Shown: positions 1 through 17,977 of the stretch, in pieces
How positions within the stretch are numbered: the first letter of the stretch is position 1
How the letters are laid out: each line of letters begins with the position of its first letter
The notes under the pieces: generated by a model
Told to the model about the DNA's origin: nothing
Database searches by the model: none
Seen by the model: the letters and a program-made list of their open reading frames with translations, nothing else
Program-made: the position numbers and the translations under genes
DNA from: Phaeosaccion multiseriatum
Lineage: Eukaryota > Protista > Ochrophyta, other classes
Length of the DNA: 64,000 bases
Reading direction: 5' to 3'
Assembly (NCBI GenBank): GCA_965112735.1
Contig: OZ218961.1
Coordinates: forward strand, 1,736,001-1,800,000

Positions 1-949
1 CTCGCAGCGCGCTAGTGCAGCAGCAGGAGGAGGGCGAGCCCTACACTTCTTGTGTAGCTTCTGTCGACGCTCTCGATAGAGGAGATGGATTGCAGCAAGA
101 CGAGACCAAGAGTCCTTCTCCCCATACCGGGAAGTCTAATTTCTTGGTCGGATTGCTTGTTAGCGTCGTAGCAGCGGTGGCTAGCTCCATGCTTCAGGCC
201 GCATTCGTGTTTGGTGGACCCCTGATAGACTATGCCGAAGAGGAGCAAGGCGAAAAGGAAGTGTGGAGCTCGCTAGTGGTCTGGCTCATGGCCTTCTCGC
301 TGTGCGGCTTGTTCAACATCATTTACGCCGCGTACCTGCTCTCGACTCGAGGTACCTGGAACAGATACAAGGCCGTCTACATGGGGAGAAGAGGGTCCTT
401 AAAAACAAAGTTAATGGTGTTCCAAACGAGCATCATGGCCAGGTAAAGTAGGGTGGGGCTGAGGTCAAAAAGGAGGAGAGGGGCCGGCTTTTGCCTTTTC
501 CGTGTGCCTTTGATGTGTGTGTATGCACGAGTCGTGAACTGTGGCGGGGCCTTTTCAACCACCAAACAACTGCCTCCCCCCCCCTCTCCCACTCTCTCTC
601 GTCTCTCCCCCAGCTTTTTCGTAGCGCATATACACTTCTACGGCGTGGCTCAGTTCCTATTCGGGGATCTGGGGAGCGTCATTGCCTGGCCCTTAATCAT
701 GTCTAGCACAGTGTTGAGCGGACAGGTGAGGAAGGAAGAAAGGAAGGAAGGAAGGAAGGAAGGTATCTGCAAAGTCACACACATTACGTACTCACATCCT
801 CCTTTGCTCACACCCCGCAGGTGTGGGGTATTGTGTACTTCAAGGAGCTGAAGCACGCAGGCAATCGAGCGAAACGAGTCAATGTGCTTGCCATCGCCCT
901 CCTTCTTACGGCGGTGACCGTCATCGCAATCGCAGGCATCGTTTTGTAA
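1..949 (+). CDS. L-rhamnose/H+ symporter (RhaT)-like DMT-superfamily transporter, 5'-partial; exons <1-442, 614-725, 821-949
   Basis: Spliced hydrophobic C-terminus ...HFYGVAQFLFGDLGSVIAWPLIMSSTVLSGQ|VWGIVYFKELKHAG... resembles the RhaT pattern (G-x-LG...W...S...WG...KE); GT-AG introns keep frame; TAA at 947-949. Confidence 0.65.
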
Positions 950-1038
950 GCGCAATAGTTTTAGCCCAAGATTGACATATTCCGATTATTGCCTGTCGCG
1001 TTACTTCTAACATGTCCAGCCCAGTCGGGGTGTTGCCG

Positions 1039-3520
1039 CTAAGTCGCACCATCCCCCTCCGCCGCCTCCCCACCTCCTTCTTCGGCGGCCGCCTCTACTG
1101 TCTGCTCGACAGGCTCGACGCTGTCCTCCCCCGGCTCCTCTTGCTCTTGCTGTGCTGCTGCTTCTTCTTCCTGCGATGGCGGCGCCCCTTCCACATGCGC
1201 TTGCTCGCTTCCTACCACCCCCTCAGCTTCCACCCCCGCCTGTTCCGCCACCACAGCTTCCTCTGTCTCCCCCTCCTTCGCCTTATCCTTCTCCGTCTTC
1301 GCCTCCTCCGTTTTCACCGGCGCCTCCGCATCCCCTTCTGCGGACAGCTCAGTACCCCCTTCTCCTTCTTCCGCCCGCATGACCGGCGCCGGCGCCTGCT
1401 CCGCGGTGGGGTCTTTTCCTTCCGCGAGCCTGACGAGTGCCTGGCACACGGCGTGTCCGGCGATGGCGTCGAGTGCCGCGTCTCGCACCCTCTCCTCGCG
1501 CATGCGACTGATCGTCTCCTCCAGCGCATCTGCAGCAGGGCTCGAAACCTCCCCCCTCTTCTGCTCCTCCTCCATGTGCACGGCCATTCGCAGCTCTCGG
1601 ATGAGCTCTTGCCTGCGGTCTTTGCCTTCGAAGATGGCGTTCTGAATGGCCCTTCCTCGGAGCAGGCGCTGCAATAGCAGCAACGCCTGGAACTTGGCCT
1701 GGCAGTGGACAGAGTAGAGAGGTGCAAATGGTGTTGAGAAAGAAGAGCCACGAACAACAAGAGAGCCCACCTGATAAGAGACACAAACAACAACCCACCT
1801 CTTCCTCTGGCCGGGCGGGCGGGTCCACTCGCGGAGTCTGTGGTCTCTCTCTTCGCGCGTTGGTGGTATTCCTCGTGGTGCTCCCCAGGTCCACCCCAAG
1901 CCCCCCCGCAGAGACCGGATTGCTGCCCCCGCCGCCCAGCCCCCCCGCGCCGCCGCCTCCGCCCACCGTACCCGTCTCTCCTCCTCGGCCGTGCATACTC
2001 CCGCCCTTGCTCGTGCCCCGCCCTCCTGCTGCCTGCTGCTGCTGCTCCTTTTGTGCCCTGAGAATGCCCACCATTCGCTCGAGCTCCGTCGCCACTGCGA
2101 GTGACTTGGGTCCGTTGGCCTTGGCGCGCAGTTTGGTGCGGTTGGGCTTGAGCACGGCGGTGTGGAGCATTTTGGGCTTGAGGGAGCTCTCCAGAGACTC
2201 AATGGCCGCGAAATTCAGGGTGGTGCTCGTCTTGCTGGCCACGTCGAATTTCGCTGCGTCTGCGCCCCGTCAAGAACGACAAAGAAGGCACCATAGGTGT
2301 TGCGATCGTGTTGCTTAGGTTTCAGCCAAACGTCTTGCTTCGGGCCCCGGTGCAGAGTATATGTGTCTGTGCTGTGTGTTCCCGCGTCTCTAACCCCTCC
2401 CCCCCTCCACGGACTAACATCGAACTGACATACCTTTGTCTGTCCTTCGGCCCTCCCTCTGCACAGGGGCGTACACTGCGGATGAGAAGTTGGCGTAGTC
2501 TGCGATGATGTCGCGCTTCATTCGCTCGTCCCCAGGCAGTAGCACTGCGCCCCTCTCCTTGGTCAGCTTCCGCAGAACCTACAGAGAAGGAGAAGCGTAC
2601 GGCAGTGAGGTGTCATGTCATGTCATGCATGTGTGTGTGTGCGTGTGTGCGTGCGTGTGTGTGCGTGCGTGTGTAAGTGTGTGTGCGTGGGTGTGTGGGT
2701 GACTGGGTGTGCATGTGTGCGCACGTGTGTTTGTGTGTGCATGCGTGGGTGCTTCCAGGACGCGACGCGAGTACCTTACCTTGATTCGCTTCTGCTGTAT
2801 GCGTGCTATCCGTCGATCCCTGTCCTCCACCTTTCCCTGCCGCAGCACCTCCACCCTCTGCTGTGCCAGGAACTGCGTGCCCTCGTCTCTTTCTCGAATG
2901 GCCTTCTGGAGCGCGTTGAGGCGGTCGTCTCTGGCCTTGCTCAGCTCTGCGTCCCTCAAGCGGTACTCTCGCAACTCCTGAGCTTCCATCATAGCCTGTC
3001 GCATGTGCAACGACGCTTCGTCGGTGAAGGGGGGCAGTGACGCCTCTAAGTGGCGCTTCTGTCGGGCATGTTCCACCATCTCCACCTCCCGCAGCCCCGC
3101 AGGCAACCCCCTCCCATCCTGCACTTGCAGCTCCTGCAGGGCTAGCACTTCAGGCTGAGGCAGGTCGGGCCGGAGGAGCACGTCGGGGGAATAAGCGTCC
3201 GTCTGAGCCTCACTCTCACGGTACTTAGTCTGAGAACCCACATCCCTCGTCTCCCCCAAAATCTCCTCCACCGGCCCCAGCAGAGGGTCCTGCTCGATGG
3301 TGGGCACGAGCAGCACGCCAGGCGACACAGCGTGCAGCTGTGGCACGAGTGGTCGCTTCACGTAGAGTGGAAGGTTGGGGCCAGAGGTGGGAAGCCCCCC
3401 GTCTGCCACAATGGTCGGCCTCACGGCCTGATAGTTGGAGTTGTCCTGGACAGGCGTGGTGTGGAGCGGGTCATAGTACGCGTCCAGCGCCCGAGACTCC
3501 ATGACACGAGTACGACCCAT
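1039..3520 (-). CDS. CFAP91: Cilia- and flagella-associated protein 91 (MAATS1/AAT1 family), multi-exon
   Basis: Motifs [50 protein letters not shown], and IQ-like [19 protein letters not shown]. Confidence 0.85.
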
Positions 3521-3892
3521 GCTTACAAACGTGTAGGCCAGGGCCAGGTACGGCTTGTCGCCAGGCCTACTTTGCCCTCTTTTTTCCTCTCCCTCCTCCC
3601 CTCCCTACACGCGTCCTTCCCCCTTTTCCTCAGTGGTGCTGTCTTTTCTTTCCAGCGCTCAGCCTTCAAAGCCGGAGTGGGACATGAGCATCCGAGGCTT
3701 CATAAGCGTCTCTTTGCTCTTCTCCTTGCACTCACGAAAAAAAAAGGGATAGCCGTTACGAAATATATCGACTTTATTTCGAAAAGAGCGATTTTAAAAA
3801 TCGATCTATGATATTTCCCTTCATTTTTTGGGCCCTTCCAATCCCTTATATAGATATATAGGGGAAAGAAGGGGCACAGTAGATCCTTCCCC

Positions 3893-4964
3893 ATGATTCT
3901 CCCGCCTGGCGGAGGCGGGGACTGCCCAGACCGAGAAAGCATCGACAGTGGCAGCCGTAGGAGGAGGCCAACAGTAGCAGAGGCCGACGAACAGCAACAC
4001 AAGCAGCAGCGGCAGCACCAGCGTTGCTCGAAGCTCATTCTGTTTGCGCTGCTCTCCGGACAAGCATGCGAAGTGGTGTCTGGTTTTGCGCAAGGCGGAC
4101 CGAGCCAGTCATCGGCGCTTGTCTCGCTCGGCAGAGGATTCGCCCCGCAGCGCGGCGGTCTGGGGAGGGCGAGCATGGTCAATGGAGCCTTCGGCAAAGC
4201 CTCCACTAGGAGGAGCAGTTCGAGACAAGCTCTTGACGAGACGCCTCCCCGAAGAAAGAGGCCCTTTGAGAAGCGAAAGAAGGCCGAGAAGGTCAAGGTG
4301 AAGCCCGAGTCTGCCTGCCACCTTGCCCGTTTGCTGGAGTCGGGCGAGGCAGGCTTGAACGACGTCGACGTGTGTGGAGAGTCGTACAAAGTCCTGGTGA
4401 GCGAGTATCAGTGCAGTCGTTTTGGTTCTTTGTGTAGCAGACTTGGTGCGGACAAGCGAGCGAGCGTGCTCACAGTCTCCCCTCCCCCGAATGTCATGGC
4501 CCAGCAATGCCGCTCGGACCTGCACCCCGTGATGGAGCTGCTCAAGGCCAGGCGAAAGGCAGGGACTTCTCCCGGAGCCCATGGCGACGGTATGAAGCTC
4601 GGTAAGGCGCAGCGGTGCCTGAGAGAGATGTTGATGGCGCAAACAATTGGACTGACTCCCTTTCACGCGTGTTGCGTGTTGCGTGTTGCGTGTGCCAAGG
4701 ACTGGCCATTGAGGGTGGGGGCATGCGCGGCTGCATCTCCGCAGGCATGATCGCGTCCATCGCGAGCTTGGGTCTCATGGACTCATTCGACTCGGTTTAC
4801 GGGAGCAGTGCGGGCAGCCTGGTGGGGGCGTACGCCATAGCTGCCCAGCCGGGTATGCCGCGCATCGGCTGCTCTGTCTACTACGACAAACTCACGGGTC
4901 CGGGAAGGCACTTCATTGACACCAGGTATGCCCTGGAGATAGAGGCTCATTCATGCACGGCACC

Positions 4965-5030
<66 letters not shown>

Positions 5031-6913
5031 ACGCCGAAAGTGACTGTGTGACTGCCGGTCGCGTCTTTCAGGTACCTGCTGCGCTCGCTGGGGCTGGGGC
5101 TGCTGGGCTTTCCGCTGACGCGCTGGACGGGGCTAAAGGAGATTGTGGGAAGCACTTTCGGTAGCCCTGTACTGAAGCTCGACTACCTCCTCGAGCAAGT
5201 AGTGGAGGACATGAGGCCTCTCGATTGGGACCTGTTCTGGGAGCGACAGGCCAAGCAGCCCCTGCACGTCATCGCCAGCGGTGAGCAGAGAGAGAGAGAG
5301 AGAGAAGGGGCAGAGAGCAGAGGAGAGAGGAAGAGAACAGAGAGGGCAGAGAGGAAGAAGAGGAAGAAAGGATTTGTCCTTTTGCCCGTGCAGTGTGCCT
5401 GTGCTTACATCAATCTCCATCTTCAACAGGGGTGGAGAGCCAGTCCTCCGTGTGTCTAAGCGCCAAGGGGGGCCACTTCAACAGTCTACGGGAGCTCACG
5501 GCGTGCATGAGGGCCTCCATGCTGCTCCCCGGCATCACGGTGCGTGACCCGTCCCGTTCCTCCTCCTCCTCCTCCTCCTCCTCCTCCTCCTCCTCCTCCT
5601 CCTCCTCCTCCTCCTCCTCCTCCTCCTCCTCCTCCTCCTCCTCCTCCTCCTCCTCCTCCTCCTCCTCCTCCTCCTCCTCCTCCTCCTGCTCCTGCTCCTG
5701 CTCCTGCCCTTTCCCACTCTCCTCCTTCGTGCTCCTTCCCCTATGCTTCCTCCCGCTGCTACCTCTCCCTAACAGGGACCGCTGGTGAAGCTTCCTTCTC
5801 TGGACGAGCCTCTGTGTGACTCGCAGCTGTTCGAGCCCATCCCCTACCGCACAGCCATCGCCGACGGTTGTACGCACGTGCTCGTGGTGCGCTCTCGGCC
5901 CGACGGGAGGAATTGCATCAGTAAAATCTCCCTCTCTGAGAAGCTCCTCTTGCGGCGCTTTTTTAAGCGGAAGCACAGTAAGTCTGACTTGTTGGAGCAT
6001 ACACACGTATACACACACTCTCACTCTCTCTCACACACACAGATGCGCCTCGTATGATTGTGTGCCTCTCTTTTGCAGCTCACTTAGCTGACTTGAGCAC
6101 GTGCCTGCCTGCCGCCTGCCTCCTGCCCCCCCTCCAGAGCTGCCGGCACTCTACAAGTACATGAAGAGCGGAGGCCAGAAGGTGGGTTGAAGAGGGCATC
6201 CGTCGCACTGCCCACTTGCCTGTGCTGCGTCTTCCCTCCTACCCTCCTACCCTTCTATCCTCCTACCCTCTTTCCCTCTTACCCTTCTACCCCCTTCCTC
6301 TCCTACCTTGCTGCCCTCTTCCCTTTTACCGCCCTCCCCTCCCTCCCCCCCTATAGGTCATGTACGGGAAGGACCTGCTGACCCTCAACGTGGGGGCCGC
6401 TCAGAAGGCTGGGGACGACTCCCTGGGGGGGGAGGCGGATGGTCCGAGAGCGTACGTCATGCCGCTCAGCCTGCAGGAGGGAGAAGCGGAGATCGGCCGC
6501 TTGGAGAGGACCAGGGAGGGCATCTTCGGAGGTACGTATATATTACAGCGCCGGATGGTGTGGCGAGGGGCGAATAAAGGATGTGTCGTGCCGTCGCTTG
6601 CCACCCACCCCAAGCCCCCGCCCTAACCCCACCCACTCCGCTACCGCTACAGCTACTGCTGTTACTTTCTCTGCACCAACCGAAATGCCCATTCCATACC
6701 CCCGTCCCTCCTCCTCCCTCCGCCCCACCCCTCCCCTCAGGTGTGCGCAAGGGCTTCGAGCACGCGCACGAGCTCCTGAAAGCCGCGGCTCCCGACTTGG
6801 CCATCGCGGGGCTTGACGGGCCCTCAGCGGCGAAGGAGGTGTTTCCAGACTCCATCCTAGAGGAGGAGGAGGACCCCCTCGTCCTCAAGGTCATGGCCGG
6901 TGATGGCCGGTAA
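3893..6913 (+). CDS. Patatin-like phospholipase, multi-exon
   Basis: LAIEGGGMRG oxyanion motif, GSSAG nucleophile elbow, CMRASMLLPG, D-S-Q-L-F-E-P-I-P catalytic Asp region. Confidence 0.85.
4966..5030. repeat. (CTG)n microsatellite, intronic
   Basis: Direct inspection. Confidence 0.95.
5558..5706. repeat. (TCC)n microsatellite, intronic
   Basis: Direct inspection. Confidence 0.95.
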
Positions 6914-7168
6914 TGGACAAGTGAGGGACCGATGATGGGCCGGTGAGCGGCGGGTGGTGGACCAGTGAGGGAAATCCCCGCTAGGACGGGAGGGAGGGCC
7001 CCGCCAGGACATTGGGGACAAGAGGGGGTGTCTAGTGGAGACCCTCCGCACGGCTTTTGGTCTCCGGGGAAGCGCGAGGCTCTAGAGAATGTACATAGGT
7101 TTAGTTTTTTTAATTTATGATTATTAGAAGAATATATATAAAAGGAAAGAAAGAAAGAAAGTGAAAGT

Positions 7169-7171
<3 letters not shown>

Positions 7172-7212
<41 letters not shown>

Positions 7213-7495
7213 GTGTCGCTGTGTCTCCGGAGCCCTCGAGGGGCCGGTTACTCCCCCTCTAGGGCGGGGAGGGGGAGTGCAGGACCGGCTCCGCGGTTGT
7301 CGCTCCGAGAGCCACATCTGGTGGCTGCAGCTGACGAGACGGCGAAGTCTGGTCAGGACGTGGCCCTTGGTGGTTGGTGGTGGAGGAGCCAGTGCGGCCC
7401 GTGCGTGTCACCACGTGCTCGGCGAGTGCGTGGAGGAGCGATTGCGCCTGTGCGCCGAGTCGACCGTGGGTCTCGATGGCGAATGTGGAGACGCG
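7172..7495 (-). mobile_element. 5'-truncated, frameshifted relic of an RLE-type (CRE/R2-like) non-LTR retrotransposon 3' end with (CA)n tail
   Basis: Minus strand TFAIETHGRLGAQAQSLLHALAEHVV, then after a 1-nt shift near 7377 TKGHVLTRLRRLVSCSHQMWLSER; this matches the C-terminal end of restriction-like endonuclease domains (F-A-x-E-T-x-G-R-L-G ... L-S/V-S...Q); followed by (CA)n at 7172-7210. Confidence 0.55.
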
Positions 7496-7597
7496 AGTGT
7501 CGCAAGAAGAGAACGAAAAGTAGAAAGCCAGCTGTGAGAAAATCACCAACACTCACACACTTAGCTATAAACCTCAAACCCACGAAGACAAAAGCTG

Positions 7598-9191
7598 ATG
7601 CTTGTGCTTGTGCTTGTGCTGGCGCTGGTGTCGCAATGCTGCGGCTTTCAATCGACCGGTCTCGGTAGGATCAGCAGCAACAGTGTCAGCAGCCTCAATA
7701 GACAGCAATGTAGACCGCCTGTCTTGGCAAATGGTGATCATGTCAGATTGCGGATGGAGGAGAGCAAAAGCAGGGGCAGCGACAGCACCTCTACGGATAG
7801 TAAAAAAAGCAGCAGTCGTACCCCTGATAGTAGTGGTCTGAGCAGGAGAGGCTTTGTCAGCTCCACGTCAGCCGCGGCGTGGACTGGGGCAGCCGCCTTG
7901 TGTGTGTGGGGTACCAACGCCTCTCCCAGCTCGGCCATTGGCGACCTGCCGGAGTACAAGGACAATGCTAGATTCGCTCAGCACGCCGTCATCAACGTCC
8001 CTGACATGGAGGAAGCTGTTCGGTTCTACACCAAAGGAATGGGCCTGAAAGTGCTTCGGACCATCACCGACGAGGAGAAGATCACAACGTTCATTGCGCA
8101 GGGGCCGGAGGAGCTGAAGGTACCAAGTGACTGGGTATTGGGTGTTAGTAGCCCCGCACTGTATGGAGGGCACTTCAGCTTGGAGCTGGTGCAGAGGACG
8201 TCTTCGACCCCGGAAGCGAGAGACTTTTTCGACCCCGGCAACGGACTGCAGTGAGTACACCAGCACAACAAATGATTTAAAGGCAACTCCCCACCACCCC
8301 AACCCCCCTTCCTCTAATCCACATCTTCCCTTCGTGGCCTCAGGTTCGTGCAGTTTGCGCTGGAGTCGTACCGCATTTCCAAGATTGCCGAGTTTGGCGG
8401 CAAGCTCATTTCGGGCTACGGCTACTTGAAGGTGGGTTGACTCGTGCCCCATACATACATAAAAATACGCACATCGTCATCAGTTGGAGAGCACAGCAGA
8501 GCTGCAGAGTGGATCACATGCCGAGAGAGTCAGTCCGCTCACTTGCAACGCCTAACTCTTGTGTGCTTTGCGGATGGTCCTCTTCAGGTGGAGGCCCCTG
8601 GGGGCCTGGTGCTGAACATCATGAGTGGAGACCGCAGAGACGTCGTGATGTTCCCCTGCTTCGCCGTCAAGGTCAGACACACACGTGACAATAGGACTGG
8701 TGGTGGCTTTTTCTTGCTTGCTCTTGCATTGTGTTTCTCTGGCTCTGTTTGGATGACACTCCCCTCTTCGCCCCCCTCTCTTGAATTGAATTGAATGCAA
8801 TCCGACGCAACAGGACATGAGGAAGAGCATCGCGTGGTACGAAAAGGTGCTGGGCATGCAGCAGTTCGCCTACCCACAAGTGCGCTACGGCAGCAATAGC
8901 CCCTTCGAGCCAGAGAAGCCGAATGGCGCCGTGTTCATGGCATATGACAAGGACGGGACTGGAGTACTGCTGGTGCCCGCCGCGAGGAAAGCGGGGCCCA
9001 TCAACCCGGGCTCAGTGTGGGACAAGATGGCCATCCTAGGCACTGATGTTGAGGCAACGGGTAGGGAGCTGGGGGCTAAGTACGTTGGTAAGGCGCCTGG
9101 CACGGACACTTCGGTAGCGGTGGTGTCGGACCCGGATGGGTACAGTTACGTCTTGGTGGAGTATGAGGATTGGGCCAAGGAGAAGAGATAG
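7598..9191 (+). CDS. Two-domain VOC/glyoxalase-I-like protein with signal peptide, transit peptide and twin-arginine leader; 4 exons
   Basis: QHAVINVPDMEEAVRFYTKGMGLK, FSLELV, VKDMRKSIAWYEKVLGM, VSDPDGYSYVLVE; N-terminus MLVLVLVLALVSQCCG-F ... SRRGFV ... PSSA. Confidence 0.8.
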
Positions 9192-9318
9192 AGAGAGGAA
9201 GCGAAGGGCGGAACACATGTTATATATGGCTAATATTATAGACTACAGCGCTTCGCAGGCAGAAGAAGTGGGAATGATTCGTTCCCACTTCCCTTTCTCG
9301 TTGCGATTGCAGGGCAGC

Positions 9319-10291
9319 TCATGCTCCTTCCTCTGCCAGCCACGAAGACAGAAGCGCTGCCTCTACCACGGAGGCGTCTCCGACCCTGAGGAGGGGGTCG
9401 GGGCTCGGGTTGGGCACTGTTCCCTCCACCAACCCACAGCACAGCCCGTCCGCGTCCACGATGGGGGCTCCACAGTTCCCGAAGGTCACGGTCTCCGGGA
9501 AGCGAAAGAAAGACTGCTGTGCGGTGCGAACAGCCACCGTTCCGCGGGACAAAAAGGGCCTCAGCTGCAAGCCACGACATGCCGAAATGGATGCAGACGA
9601 GTAAGCACGTAGAAAGGCAGCATGGTTATATACACGTAACATGGTCACATGATCAACGTACCAAATAATGGTCGTGCCTTGTACCAACAGAATCGTCTTC
9701 ATCGCCATTGTCGTAGCCCACGACATGTACAAGCTCGCCTTGCTGCACAGGGGACCCACTAGCGCGGAGCTCCAGCGGCTTGAGCGGGCTGTCGAATCGC
9801 ACCACATCGTGGAAAAAGTGCTCGAGGGCCTCGGGCGTGAGCTGCAGAGAGGCCACATCTCTGTAGGGGTGATGCTTCAGAGACTCCTCACACAAGCGGT
9901 AGCTCAGCACGGGTCCGTTAGGGTGCACCAGGAGGGAAGTGTGTCCGCCAAGAATGTGGGGAAGGGTGGAGCCCACCAGGCCCCTCTGCCCCGCCCGCGA
10001 ATGCTGCAGTGCCTGAGGGAGCAAGTCTGGCTCCAGCTGCACCAGCAGCGAGTACTGTGCCGTGCTGTGCGCCTTCGAGAGCTCCTCTTCACATTTAGAC
10101 GGGTCGGGGGGATAGAGCTTGGGCCACAGCCAATATGCGGCCACGTGCGAGGTGGCGATCAGCTTGGGCGTCCCTCTCGACAAGAGGCTGAAGCAGGCCC
10201 CGTCCATCACCACCTCAAAGCCGCTCTCGCTGCTTGTGCGACAGCTCACCCGCAACCGAGCAGCAAAGCGGTGCAGCTTGGATGCACCCAT
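9319..10291 (-). CDS. Trypsin-fold (clan PA) peptidase-like protein with Cys at the nucleophile position; intron 9565-9661
   Basis: IATSHV (His), YRDVASL (Asp), VHVVGY, FGNCGAPIVDADGLCCGLV (nucleophile loop); a phase-0 GT-AG intron joins the two ORFs. Confidence 0.65.
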
Positions 10292-10426
10292 TACTACCCT
10301 CTACGCCTCACATCTCAAGGCTTTTTGTAATTATGGCTCCGGCCGCTCCTCCTCATTATTGACTTGGGCGGGAAAAGTAACAGTGTAAACGCCACCACAG
10401 AGAGAGAGAGAGGAGAAGAGGAGTTG

Positions 10427-15648
<5,222 letters not shown>

Positions 15649-16172
15649 GTCGACTTCCTCGAAACCACCGACCTCGACTTTGCAGGGCAGTGAGCGGCGT
15701 TCCAGCTCCAAGCGGAGGGAGGGGGAATACGTGAAGGGCATGTCTGAGGGGCAGATGCGTGACTACTGAGGGGAGGACAGGGTGTCAGGAGCAGGTCACA
15801 GAGGCCACTCAGGGCCAGTAAGGCATATGGCGATGGCCGATGGCACCCCACAGACCACTTTACAGTTGACGACGCTGATACAACAAATAAGATACATTTT
15901 ACAGAACCCTCATGTTTGCGAATGTGGTGAACCATCGCTGTACATCGTGCCTGTGGTCTCTTCGTCCACCTTCCTTCCCCACCAGAGACCGGGCGCGCAG
16001 AAGGCAAAAGAAGAGAGAGGAGAAGAGGAGGTTCACAGACATAGTGTGTCGCTCCGTTGGCATCATTCGCTCTTGTACTCCTCTTGTACACCCCCCTCCC
16101 CGCGCGCGCCCTAAATGGGCCTCACTAATCCACCGACCTGACGAAATGGCATGACTATGACCATTGTTGAAG

Positions 16173-16440
16173 TCGACATACATCCCCCTTACCCTTGGGG
16201 ATGTATGTCGATGATGTATGTACATACATCATCGACATACATCCCCCTTGCCCTTGGGTATGTATGTATGTATGTATGTATGTATGTATGTATGTATGTA
16301 TGTATGTATGTATGTATGTATGTATGTATGTATGTATGTATGTATGTATGTATGTATGTATGTATGTATGTATGTGTGTATGTATGTATGTATGTATGTA
16401 TGTATGTATGTATGTATGTATGTATGTATGTATGTATGTA
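16173..16440. repeat. Tandem hairpin units with a perfect 50-bp palindrome (16197-16246) running into (TATG)n
   Basis: ggggatgtatgtcgatgatgtatgt|acatacatcatcgacatacatcccc is self-complementary; (TATG)n at 16259-16440. Confidence 0.9.
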
Positions 16441-16667
16441 CAACATTAACTCATCTTCACACCAATCTAACTCATACTAAAGCCTCACGTACACACACGT
16501 ACATACACGTACACATACGTCCAAACTTCCCCTCCCGCTTAACTTGTCTTTCCCACTAAGCAGCTTCACGTTGAATACAACACGCAGAGGAGCGGACTGA
16601 GCGAGTGCCGGCTTAATCTACACGAGCCCACCGCGGGCTCTATCTACCCGAGCCCAACCACCCCCAA

Positions 16668-17920
16668 TCAATCAGTGTGGGGTCCGGTTGCTCCAAGAAA
16701 CGCCAACAAGAAGCTGCTGAAGATGGGGTTGGGAGGTATGCCATGGTGGTACACGTCGTCGTCATCCTCGTCGTCGTCCTCTGCAGTCTCGCCCTGGTCC
16801 TGTTGTTGATAACAGAGGCCCCCATTGAGCCGCACATCGCTTCCCTCCTGCCATTCAATGAGGGAGAGTCACGAACAAACGTTCGACACAAAGGCAAGGC
16901 AAGGCAAGGCAAGGCAAGGTAAGGCAAGCAGGGGTAGCAGCAGCAGCAGCAGCAGCAGCAGCGGTTGGTGAAATACAGCAGCAGCAAGACAAGAAGCCTC
17001 ACACTAGAAGCTGCTTCATTGACCTCTCTTTGTCTGTCTCTGTCAGTCTCTGTCTGTCTCTGTCTCTTTCTCTGTCTCTCACCGGCAGGGGGGGGGGCGG
17101 TAGGCCTGGTGCAAGATCAAGCAACGCCGGGTTGTCCCTCGCTGTGCCGTTCCAGCCTCCGTGGATCCAGAGGTGCCTCCCGTCCGTGGTCATAATGTGC
17201 GCATGCCTCTTCATTGTGGAGCCGACCACGCTCCCAACCTGCTGCCACGCCATTGATTCCCCGTCTGCGTGCCCCTGCCCCTGCTCCTGCGCCTGCCCCT
17301 GCCCCAAGTCCATTGCTGCTCCGCCTCCCTCCCCCTCCCCCTCCCCCTCCCCCTCCCCCTCCCCCTCCCCCTCCCCCTCTCCTCCTCCCTCCTCCTCCTC
17401 CTCAAGTCCTCCCCCAGCTGCGTCATTGTCTCCAACCCTCTGCTGCCATCGCGTGTCCAGAACGCCGAGAGCGTTACTTCAATGGACGAAAGAGGACCAA
17501 CCAACAAGAGAGACGTCACGAGGCAGGAGAGAATAGACGTAAGTCGCTGCTACTTAGGTTCGGGCATATCCAACAAACAGAAGAGGACAGCCCCCAAGGC
17601 TGTAGAGTAGGTGAAGGAAGAAGCGGATATGATATAGCTGGAGAGCAGCGGCGGGGCGTCCCATCCACCGCGCGAGTGCACCCTGCCATCCACTTGCCCA
17701 CCCACCCAACCACCCACCTCAGAGTCGAGCTGCCTCCGAACAGGAACACCTTGTGGCCAATGCGGGTGGCGGTGTGACATCGCCCCAACACATTCCCTGG
17801 CACACTTCCCAACACATTAACCGATGTCCACGAGGCCATTAGAGAGCTGGTGCTGCTGCTGCCCAGCCCCCTGGCCCCTCCTCCTCCTCCTCCTCCTCCT
17901 CCTCCTCCTCCTCCTCGTGT

Positions 17921-17977
<57 letters not shown>

